Positions 26,661 through 33,978 of a stretch of 64,000 nt of DNA are shown here, one piece after another. The notes beneath the pieces are model-generated. The model saw only the letters and a list, made by a program, of their open reading frames with translations. It ran no database searches and was not told the DNA's origin. Position 1 is the stretch's first letter, and each line of letters begins with the position of its first letter. The DNA is from Candidatus Wolfebacteria bacterium (GTDB lineage: Bacteria; Patescibacteriota; Minisyncoccia; UBA6257; UBA9933): positions 168,959 through 232,958 of the forward strand of contig JANLIR010000002.1 in assembly GCA_024654025.1 (NCBI GenBank), in the 5' to 3' direction. The translations under genes and the position numbers were made by a program.

Positions 26661-27524
26661 TTACGGGATTTTAAAAATTTTTATATTTTCTCCGTTTGCC
26701 TCAATTTTTATCAACCCGTCTTTATCGGTTCTGAAAATTTTAGATTCAACAGAGGCAAGCCGGTTTAAAATTTCTTTTGTCGGATGGCCGTAAGAATTTT
26801 TCCCCACCTCTATTATTGAGATTTTTGGATCAACAGCTTTTAAAAATTCTTCACTGGTTGAAAATTTCGATCCGTGATGGCCGACTTTTAAAATATCAAC
26901 GCTAAGATCGTATTTTCCAAGTAAGTGATTTTCGGTTTTAAAACCGATATCGCCGGTAAAAAGAATTTTAACCATCCGGCTTTCTAAAATTGAAACCAGC
27001 GCCGTTTCGTTTAATGTTTTAGTTGTTTTGGGCAAATTATTTTTTTCCGGCCAGATGAAATTCATGCGGTTGTTCAAATATTTTATTTTGTCTCCGGCCG
27101 ACAAGACAATTATCGGAACATTATTATTTTTTAAAATTTTCAAAAGTTCTGGCCAAGTATTTCCTCTGCCGTTCAGGCCGTTGAAAATAAACGCGCCTAT
27201 CCGGTATCTTTTAGCGACGTCAATTAAGCCGGTGAAATGATCGGCTTCGGCATGGGACAAAATAATCAGATCAATATAGTGATCGGTTGATGGTAAAGAT
27301 TTTGAAAGTTCCGTTAATATTTTTGAGTTCGGTCCGCCGTCCATCAAAATTTTTACATTGCCCGGAAGCACAACCAATTCGCTGTCGCCCTGGCCGACAT
27401 TTAAAAAATACGCTTGAAGATTTTTATGTCCGCCGTCAAATATTATCGAGTTCCAGATAAAAAAGTCAAAAATTATTAAAGCAGAGATGAAAATTTTTAT
27501 CTTGAAGTTCATATTGAAGTTCAT
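26661..27524 (-). CDS. ComEC C-terminal metallo-beta-lactamase-fold domain, encoded as a separate ORF
   Basis: 287 aa. MBL motifs (…LNVGQGDSELV…, ILSHAEADHFTG, GDIGF, VGHHGS). The first 8 codons (MNFNMNFK) come from a 12-nt tandem duplication (27501-27524). 4-nt overlap with the membrane part. Confidence 0.7.
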   Translation of the reverse strand: MNFNMNFKIKIFISALIIFDFFIWNSIIFDGGHKNLQAYFLNVGQGDSELVVLPGNVKILMDGGPNSKILTELSKSLPSTDHYIDLIILSHAEADHFTGLIDVAKRYRIGAFIFNGLNGRGNTWPELLKILKNNNVPIIVLSAGDKIKYLNNRMNFIWPEKNNLPKTTKTLNETALVSILESRMVKILFTGDIGFKTENHLLGKYDLSVDILKVGHHGSKFSTSEEFLKAVDPKISIIEVGKNSYGHPTKEILNRLASVESKIFRTDKDGLIKIEANGENIKIFKIP

Positions 27525-28987
27525 ATTGCGAAATTATGCCGAGGTTGATTAAGCCGGCGCTGAACTTTTCTTTTAATATAGACGACGAATAAAATTAAAA
27601 GAGTGTAATAAATGATTATTCCTAGCGCGCCAAAAGAGATTTTTAAAGGCACTGCGATTTTCCCAAAAAAATTTATTATTGCCAGTTCGTAATACAAAAA
27701 TAAATGAAGGAACCAGCCTAAAATTTGCGACAGAGAATAAGAAAAAAACCCGATAAATCCGGTAAAAAATCCGACGCCCATCGTAAAAGGAATAAGCCAT
27801 AATATTAAAACATTCGCCAATATCGAAAGAAGAGAAAATTTTCCAAAAGAAGAAATAAGAATTGGCAAAACCGCCAGCTGGGCCGAAGCGGTTGATATTA
27901 AAATTTCTTTCCACTGGGCAATTTCTTTTCCCAGTTTCAAAAAATCTTTAATCGCCGGAGAAAGATAAGCAATTCCCATTAAAGCCAAAAAAGAAAGTTG
28001 GAACCCAATATCAAAAGCCAAAATTTTCGGGTTTTGTAAAATCATCAAAAAAGCGGAAACGCTCATCGCGTTTCGAAACGAATAAATCCGGCCGATTTGT
28101 TTTCCTAAAAGCGCAACCGAACCCATAATCGCGGCTCTCGCGACCGAAGCTTCGGCGCCGGTCATCAGCACAAACCCCAAAATAATTATCAGCGTCATTG
28201 CAAAAGCGATGTTTTTTCTAAAATAGAACGCGAATAAAAAAGCGGCCGTGGAAACTATAACGGTTATGTTGTATCCCGAAAGCGCCACAATGTGCGTTGT
28301 CCCGGAATTACTCATCGCATCTTTTAAATTTTTGGAAAATTCCGACCGTTCTCCTAATGTTAGTCCCGAAGCCAAAGCCGCTTCTTCTTGAGGTAAAATT
28401 TTTTGGAGCGCTAAAACAAATTTTTCTTTAAATGAAAACAAGACGGATTTTATTTTCGATCCTTGGTTCGTCTTTATTAAACTCGTTTTCGGATAAACGG
28501 AAACAGCCGATATTTCGTTTTTAGCCAAATAGTTCGCGTAAGAGCCCTCCGGTTTTTTAATTATTCCTTCGAAATTTAATTTATCGCCATAATTGAACTC
28601 AGGATAGGGTTTTAAAGTTATTAAAATTTTTCCTTTATAGGGCGCTTGCAGGGCAACCGCAATTTTTTGGCTCGCCCCTCTTTGCGGATAGTCGCTGACA
28701 ATGCCTAAAAAACTTATTTTCTTGTCAAAGGGAGCGAAAAAACCTTTTTGCATTTGGAAATTTACCCAAAAATAATACAAAGCTCCGGCAACGATAATCA
28801 AAGAAAGAAACGAAAGTTTTTTGAAATCAATTTTCGGTTTTAGATGAAAATAATGAAGCGTCAAAATTAAAGCCGCCAACAAAGCGGTTATAAGAATAAT
28901 TATTAAAAATTTTAAATTCAAACTGGCAAGTAAAACTCCAACGAGAAAAAAGAATATGGAATAAAAAGCGATGTCGTGGATTCTCAT
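27521..28987 (-). CDS. comEC: ComEC/Rec2 DNA-uptake channel, membrane (DUF4131 plus competence) portion
   Basis: 488 aa polytopic. Competence-domain signature …SNSGTTHIVALSGYNITVIV…. Confidence 0.8.
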   Translation of the reverse strand: MRIHDIAFYSIFFFLVGVLLASLNLKFLIIILITALLAALILTLHYFHLKPKIDFKKLSFLSLIIVAGALYYFWVNFQMQKGFFAPFDKKISFLGIVSDYPQRGASQKIAVALQAPYKGKILITLKPYPEFNYGDKLNFEGIIKKPEGSYANYLAKNEISAVSVYPKTSLIKTNQGSKIKSVLFSFKEKFVLALQKILPQEEAALASGLTLGERSEFSKNLKDAMSNSGTTHIVALSGYNITVIVSTAAFLFAFYFRKNIAFAMTLIIILGFVLMTGAEASVARAAIMGSVALLGKQIGRIYSFRNAMSVSAFLMILQNPKILAFDIGFQLSFLALMGIAYLSPAIKDFLKLGKEIAQWKEILISTASAQLAVLPILISSFGKFSLLSILANVLILWLIPFTMGVGFFTGFIGFFSYSLSQILGWFLHLFLYYELAIINFFGKIAVPLKISFGALGIIIYYTLLILFVVYIKRKVQRRLNQPRHNFAI

Positions 28988-29505
28988 TAAAATTCAATAC
29001 CGGCACGAGCTGATTTTTTGTTTTTTTGGAAAGGATGTTTTATTTCTTTCATTTCCGTTACAAGGTCCGCGATCCTGATTAAGGATTTAGGCGCGTTTCT
29101 GCCAGTCAGTATAAGATCTGTTTTTTCCGGAAGGAATTTAATAATTTTTAAAACAGCAGAAGCTTTAAGGAGTTTTAAATCAACCGCGTTATTTATCTCG
29201 TCCAAAATTATTAAATCGTATTTTTTTGAAGCGATTGATTTTTTCGCCAGTTGCAAGCCCTCCTGGGCCGATGCTCGGTGTTTTTTAAAAGGGAGCTTGT
29301 CGCCGAGGATTTTAACGAATCCTTTGCCGGTTTTAATTATCCGGAGATTTTTTATTTTTTTGGCGAATTTATCTTCGCCGGAAATCCAAGGCCCTTTTAT
29401 AAATTGTATTACTAAAACTTTTTTCCCCTGTCCCAATGCCCGAATTGCTTGGCCCAAAGCGGCGGTAGTTTTTCCTTTTCCGTTTCCCGTAAAGACAATA
29501 ATCAT
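28987..29505 (-). CDS. Cob(I)alamin/corrinoid adenosyltransferase (CobA/CobO/BtuR family)
   Basis: 172 aa. MIIVFTGNGKGKTTAALGQAIRALGQGKKVLVIQFIKG is the diagnostic P-loop region of this family. Confidence 0.7.
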   Translation of the reverse strand: MIIVFTGNGKGKTTAALGQAIRALGQGKKVLVIQFIKGPWISGEDKFAKKIKNLRIIKTGKGFVKILGDKLPFKKHRASAQEGLQLAKKSIASKKYDLIILDEINNAVDLKLLKASAVLKIIKFLPEKTDLILTGRNAPKSLIRIADLVTEMKEIKHPFQKNKKSARAGIEF

Positions 29506-29803
29506 ATATATTGTATTTAATCATAAAATTAAGGCTCTATCTACGCCTATTGCCCCGCACTAAAACAGAAATATTAACTCTTGTTTTGAGAAAAGCTAAG
29601 TATTAAGGATGAAATTTTATATAGAAAATTGGGTCTATTTTTTAAAACGTAGTACGAGTTATTTCATTTAATTTCTGTTTAGTGACGGGACTGCGCCCAC
29701 CCCACTTTTAAAGCACCCAAAAAGTAGGGATGGGCTTGCATTCTTTTGTTTTTTCATTTAGACTATTTTTCGTGCCTAAGTGCACTTTTTTATTAATAAT
29801 AAA

Positions 29804-30562
29804 ATGGATACTGAAGTAAAAAATTCAAAAACAGAAGAAATTGCCGAAGAAATAGCCGAAACTTCGCCGGAGGGCGTTGATTTTGAGGTGCTTAAAGAAA
29901 TGGCTGAAGCCGGAATTATGTACGGCCATAAAAAAACCCGAACCGTGCCGAAGTTCAAGCAGTATATATTTATGACTCGAAACGGCATTGAAATTATTGA
30001 TTTGGCCAAGACAGCTAAAGCCATAGAAAAAGCCGCCGAGTTTCTAAACGAGCAAATTAAAAACAAAAAAACCGTTCTTTTGGTAGCTACTCAACCAGCC
30101 GCGTGGGAAGCTGTCCAGTCGATGGCTAAAAAATTCAGTTTGCCGATGATAAAAAATAAGTGGATTGGCGGGCTAATCACCAATTTCAAAGTTATTTACT
30201 CGCGATTGGAATATTATAGGAAAATCGGCCAGGGCATGGAAAAAGGCGAATACGAAAAATATACCAAAAAAGAAAGAACGGTAATAAATAAGAACGCTGA
30301 AAGAATGGGTAGAATGTTTGAAGGTTTAGAACGATTGGAAAATACGCCAGATGCTTTGTTTATTATAGACACTTCTCTTAAAAACCATATGACGGCCGTA
30401 AAAGAGGCAAGAATAAAAGAACTTCCGATTGTTGCCATTATCGACAGCGACGATAACCCCGAGCTTATTGATTATCCCATCCCGGCCAACGATCATTCAA
30501 AAAACAGTATTGAATGGATTATAAATCGGATTATAATGAAAGTCAGCGAAGAAAATTCGTAA
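29804..30562 (+). CDS. rpsB: 30S ribosomal protein S2
   Basis: Conserved S2 core (GIMYGHKKTRTVPKFKQYIFMTRNGIEIIDLAKT…). Start chosen at MDTEVK (29804); the tracked ORF begins at 29780. Confidence 0.9.
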   Translation: MDTEVKNSKTEEIAEEIAETSPEGVDFEVLKEMAEAGIMYGHKKTRTVPKFKQYIFMTRNGIEIIDLAKTAKAIEKAAEFLNEQIKNKKTVLLVATQPAAWEAVQSMAKKFSLPMIKNKWIGGLITNFKVIYSRLEYYRKIGQGMEKGEYEKYTKKERTVINKNAERMGRMFEGLERLENTPDALFIIDTSLKNHMTAVKEARIKELPIVAIIDSDDNPELIDYPIPANDHSKNSIEWIINRIIMKVSEENS

Positions 30563-30563
30563 A

Positions 30564-31004
30564 ATGGTTAATTCAATCCAACAATTAAGAGACATCACCG
30601 GCGCGGGAGTGATGGAGTGCAAACGCGCTTTAGAAGAGGCCGACAACGATTTGGAAAAAGCCAAGGCCATAATTTTTGAAAAAGGATTGGTCAAGGCGGA
30701 CAAAAAAAGCGAGCGTTCAACCGGTTCCGGAATTTTGGAAACTTACGTTCACAACGGAAGAGTCGCGGTTCTTTTGAAGCTTTTGTGCGAAACCGACTTT
30801 GTTGCCAGAAATGATTTGTTTAAAGAATTAGCGCACCAAATTGCCATGCATATAGCCGCGATGAACCCTGAAAACATAGACGAGTTGCTTAAACAGAATT
30901 TTATAATGAACGAAGAAATTACCGTGGAAGATCTTATCAAACAAAGCATCGCCAAACTTGGCGAAAATATGAAACTTGAAAAATTCTGCCGCTACGAATT
31001 ATAG
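30564..31004 (+). CDS. tsf: Elongation factor Ts (short form)
   Basis: 146 aa. N-terminal UBA-like IQQLRDITGAGVMECKRALEEADNDLEKA plus core. 1 nt after the rpsB stop. Confidence 0.8.
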   Translation: MVNSIQQLRDITGAGVMECKRALEEADNDLEKAKAIIFEKGLVKADKKSERSTGSGILETYVHNGRVAVLLKLLCETDFVARNDLFKELAHQIAMHIAAMNPENIDELLKQNFIMNEEITVEDLIKQSIAKLGENMKLEKFCRYEL

Positions 31005-31028
31005 TTCTCATATTGTATAATTAAAATT

Positions 31029-31478
31029 GTGAATATGACTATTAGTTTTGTTTTCGAAATCATATTGATGGCGAGCTTGGGGGCCATGATTTATCTTGTG
31101 GCTCGGGCTGTGCCGCGCGTAAACGACACGGTTTTGGACGAAGGTTCGATAAATAAAGGACTTGGAGAAAGATTCGGTAAATTTATCGATTCTCTTCCTA
31201 TAGAAAAAGCGGACCTGACAATCAGCCGCATTTTGGAGAGGGCGTTAAGAAATTTGAAATTATTGGTAATGAGAGTTGATAACAAGTTAAGCCAGCATTT
31301 GACGAAATTTAAGGCCAAGATTATGAATGGCGAACAAAACGGCAAAAAGCCCACGCTGTTTTCAGTTTCAAACGAGGATAAAGAAAATGGAAATAATTCT
31401 GATATTTCTCCAGCCGAAGAATTATTGAAAGAAACTTCTGATCTTGAAAAAAATAAAAAAGAAGCGGAGGATATATAA
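31029..31478 (+). CDS. Hypothetical membrane-anchored protein
   Basis: 149 aa. N-terminal TM helix, charged C-terminal part; no motif. Confidence 0.35.
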   Translation: MNMTISFVFEIILMASLGAMIYLVARAVPRVNDTVLDEGSINKGLGERFGKFIDSLPIEKADLTISRILERALRNLKLLVMRVDNKLSQHLTKFKAKIMNGEQNGKKPTLFSVSNEDKENGNNSDISPAEELLKETSDLEKNKKEAEDI

Positions 31479-31483
31479 AACTT

Positions 31484-31567
31484 GCGCAGGTGGCGGAGTG
31501 GTCAATCGCAACAGACTGTAAATCTGTCGCCCTTGTGGCTACGGGGGTTCGAATCCCTCCCTGCGCA
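31484..31567 (+). tRNA. tRNA-Tyr (anticodon GTA), class II
   Basis: Acceptor GCGCAGG/CCTGCGC; anticodon arm ACAGA-CTGTAAA-TCTGT; long variable arm; T-loop TTCGAAT. Confidence 0.8.
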
Positions 31568-31579
31568 CACTTTTTTGTC

Positions 31580-31760
31580 GCCGAAGTAGCTCAGTGGCAG
31601 AGCAACTGTTTTGCGTCAGCCCCGTTAGATATGCCGGGATAGCTCAGTGGTAGAGCAACTGTTTTGTAAACAGTAGGTCGTCGGTTCGAATCCGACTCTC
31701 GGCTCTCTCGGTGTATCTAACGGGGTAAATAGGTCGCGAGTTCGAATCTCGCCTTCGGCT
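31580..31760 (+). other. Interrupted tRNA-Thr-like gene (outer halves) hosting a complete tRNA-Thr(TGT)
   Basis: 5' part GCCGAAG-TA-GCTC-AGTGGCA-GAGC-A-ACTGT-TTTG… (31580-31614), nearly identical to the 5' half of the inner tRNA. 3' part …TAAAT-AGGTC-GCGAG-TTCGAAT-CTCGC-CTTCGGC-T (31726-31760). Acceptor GCCGAAG/CTTCGGC pairs perfectly across the insert; the 3' anticodon-stem strand is missing (ACAGT absent). Confidence 0.45.
31633..31704 (+). tRNA. tRNA-Thr (anticodon TGT)
   Basis: GCCGGGA-TA-GCTC-AGTGGTA-GAGC-A-ACTGT-TTTGTAA-ACAGT-AGGTC-GTCGG-TTCGAAT-CCGAC-TCTCGGC-T. Flanked by a perfect 12-bp inverted repeat CCCCGTTAGATA (31620-31631) / TATCTAACGGGG (31714-31725). Confidence 0.8.
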
Positions 31761-31770
31761 CTAGACAAAA

Positions 31771-31842
31771 GCCAGAGTAGTTCAGTGGTAGAACGCTTTC
31801 TTGGTAAGAAAGAGGTCGGGAGTCCGATTCTCCCCTCTGGCT
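31771..31842 (+). tRNA. tRNA-Thr (anticodon GGT)
   Basis: GCCAGAG-TA-GTTC-AGTGGTA-GAAC-G-CTTTC-TTGGTAA-GAAAG-AGGTC-GGGAG-TCCGATT-CTCCC-CTCTGGC-T. Unusual T-loop (TCCGATT, C at position 55). Confidence 0.75.
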
Positions 31843-31960
31843 CAAAATTAACTTTTAACAAGCAATTCGTAACCAGTAACGGATATTTTTATAAAAACTT
31901 GAAAAGTTACGGATTCTGCGTTATAAGTTAATAGTTACAAGTTACTAGTTAATAATTATT

Positions 31961-32131
31961 ATGGCTAAAACAAAAGCAAAAACCCAGTTAATTCGGCTAC
32001 GCTGTCAAATCTGCAAGAGGATTAATTATTACAGCAAGAAAAACAAAGGGTCAGCTGAAAAAAAAATTGAGTTAAAAAAATATTGCAAGTGGTGCCAAAA
32101 ATCCATAGTTCATAAAGAAGCCAAAAAATAA
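31961..32131 (+). CDS. rpmG: 50S ribosomal protein L33
   Basis: 56-aa ORF below the track's size cutoff: MAKTKAKTQLIRLRCQICKRINYYSKKNKGSAEKKIELKKYCKWCQKSIVHKEAKK, with the L33 Cys4 zinc ribbon. Promoter TTGAAA-17-TATAAG upstream. Confidence 0.8.
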   Translation: MAKTKAKTQLIRLRCQICKRINYYSKKNKGSAEKKIELKKYCKWCQKSIVHKEAKK

Positions 32132-32141
32132 TTTTGGCTTT

Positions 32142-32212
32142 GGGAGCTTAGTTAAGTGGCATAATAGTTGTCTCCAAAACAACGGTCGGGGGTTCGATTC
32201 CCTCAGCTCCCG
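32142..32212 (+). tRNA. tRNA-Trp (anticodon CCA)
   Basis: Acceptor GGGAGCT/AGCTCCC; anticodon arm GTTGT-CTCCAAA-ACAAC; T-arm GGGGG-TTCGATT-CCCTC. Confidence 0.75.
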
Positions 32213-32570
32213 CGAAATATTCGATAAAAATCTCGTATTTTGTCAATTGATAGCCCACCCTTTTTTTGCTATACTTCCGACGGAGCTCTGGTAGTGATTC
32301 TCGGATCAAATTATTTGCGAGGGGAGGATAAAAGTGCTTTAACTTCATTGTTAGGGTTGAATCCGCCCACCTGGCACTAGCCGGGATAATCCAACACCAG
32401 GGCTCCTTTTGCGCTTACGCTAACACGATACTAATATACTAATTTTACTAATGATACGAATTGGATACGAATTCGTATTTATTAGTATCATTCGAATGCA
32501 TTCGTCCTTCGACTTACTCAGGACGACCCTGAGTCGGTCGAATGGGTCGTATATTGGTATCACAATCACA

Positions 32571-33815
32571 ATGAGGCGTTTCTATTTTGATTACGCTGCT
32601 ACTACTCCGATTGACCCAGAGGTTTTAAAAGAAATAAATTCTAATTTAAGGAATAATTTTGGCAATCCCGGATCGCTCAATTTTTTCGGGCAAGCCGCAA
32701 TGGCAATGGTTGATAAATCGCGCGAAAAAATCGCCAACGCAATCAACGCTGATTTTCGGGAAATAATTTTTACCGGATCCGCGACGGAGGCAAACAATCT
32801 CGCACTCAGAGGAATACTAAAAAACGCCCGCCTGCGCCAAGGCTTCGGCGGGCAGGTAAAAACTAAAAGCAAAAAACCGAGAATAATTGTTTCAGCTATT
32901 GAACACGAATCTATTTTAGAAACTGCTAGAGATTTATCCGCCAGAGGCGGATCCGCCTTTGGCGGAGAAAAAGAAGGCGTGGAAATTATTTATTTGCCGG
33001 TTGATAAAAACGGCGTTGTGGATTTAAAGAAGTTAGAGAACGCATTGAACGAAAGAACGATTTTGGTTTCAATAATGTACGCGAACAACGAAACCGGAGT
33101 CATACAACCAATAGCAGAAATCGCCGAAATTATAAAAAAATTCAAAGAAAAAAAATACCCTAAACCCTACACCCTAAACCCTACACCCTATTTTCACACC
33201 GACGCTGTCCAGGCGTTCCAATTTCTGGATTGCAATATTAAAAACTTAGGGGTAGATTTAATGACTTTATCGGCTCATAAAATTTACGGACCAAAAGGAA
33301 TTGGCGCGTTATACGTACGCAACTCACAACTCACAACCTACAACTTACAACCAATAATTACTGGAGGAAAACAAGAATTTGGATTAAGATCCGGCACTGA
33401 AAACGTTGCCATGATAGCTGGTTTCGCCAAAGCAATTGAATTGGCAAATGAGAAACGGGAAAAAGAGAAAAAAAGAATTTTTTTGCTGGCGCAATATTTT
33501 TTTAAAGAAATAAAAAAGATTGTTCCGAGCGCCCAACTAAACGCAGGGAAGGCCAAGCGGCTGCCTAATATTTTAAATATCGCTTTCTCGGGTTATGACG
33601 CGGAGAGTTTGCTGATAAAATTTGACCTTAACGGCACTGCTGTTTCCCGAGGCTCGGCGTGTATGGCGCGTTCGTCTCAGTCGTCTTATGTATTAAAAGA
33701 AATGGGACTAAGTGAAAGCGAGCAGCGCTCCAGTTTGCGGTTTAGCTTCGGCAGATTTACAACAAAAGAAGAAATGTCTAAAGCCTTGAAAATTATAAAA
33801 AAAACATTAAAATAG
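32571..33815 (+). CDS. Cysteine desulfurase (IscS/NifS family)
   Basis: Class V aminotransferase fold: SATEANNLALRG, HTDAVQAF, SAHKIYGPKGIGALYV, GLRSGTEN, AVSRGSAC (catalytic Cys). Start chosen at 32571 (MRRFYFDY); the tracked ORF starts at 32451. Contains two in-frame simple-repeat inserts. Confidence 0.85.
   Translation: MRRFYFDYAATTPIDPEVLKEINSNLRNNFGNPGSLNFFGQAAMAMVDKSREKIANAINADFREIIFTGSATEANNLALRGILKNARLRQGFGGQVKTKSKKPRIIVSAIEHESILETARDLSARGGSAFGGEKEGVEIIYLPVDKNGVVDLKKLENALNERTILVSIMYANNETGVIQPIAEIAEIIKKFKEKKYPKPYTLNPTPYFHTDAVQAFQFLDCNIKNLGVDLMTLSAHKIYGPKGIGALYVRNSQLTTYNLQPIITGGKQEFGLRSGTENVAMIAGFAKAIELANEKREKEKKRIFLLAQYFFKEIKKIVPSAQLNAGKAKRLPNILNIAFSGYDAESLLIKFDLNGTAVSRGSACMARSSQSSYVLKEMGLSESEQRSSLRFSFGRFTTKEEMSKALKIIKKTLK
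33157..33190 (+). repeat. In-frame 14-nt tandem repeat (ACCCTAAACCCTAC x 2.4) inside the cysteine desulfurase gene
   Basis: Encodes KPYTLNPTPY; contains the telomere-like heptamer CCCTAAA. Confidence 0.8.
33321..33352 (+). repeat. In-frame heptanucleotide repeat (AACTCAC/AACCTAC/AACTTAC x 4.5) inside the cysteine desulfurase gene
   Basis: Encodes NSQLTTYNLQP immediately before the conserved GG…GLRSGTEN box. Confidence 0.8.
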
Positions 33816-33978
33816 ACCAAAATAATTCACTATAAGTTTGAAGGTTTTACCAAATGGAAAAGAACTCTCTTTTGAGATAACATTAGAAGAGAGGCCAAAC
33901 AATTAATAAGTAAATTAAAAAACTGGAGAATTGAAAGCTTCAAGTATTTCAGTCTTTTAGTATTTTAGTTTTTATAAT

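Noticed and set aside
29018-29563. 181-aa plus-strand ORF
   Set aside because: Antisense to the corrinoid adenosyltransferase gene.
31625-31861. 78-aa minus-strand ORF
   Set aside because: Lies antisense across three tRNA genes; an artefact.
32148-32348. 66-aa minus-strand ORF
   Set aside because: Overlaps tRNA-Trp on the opposite strand.
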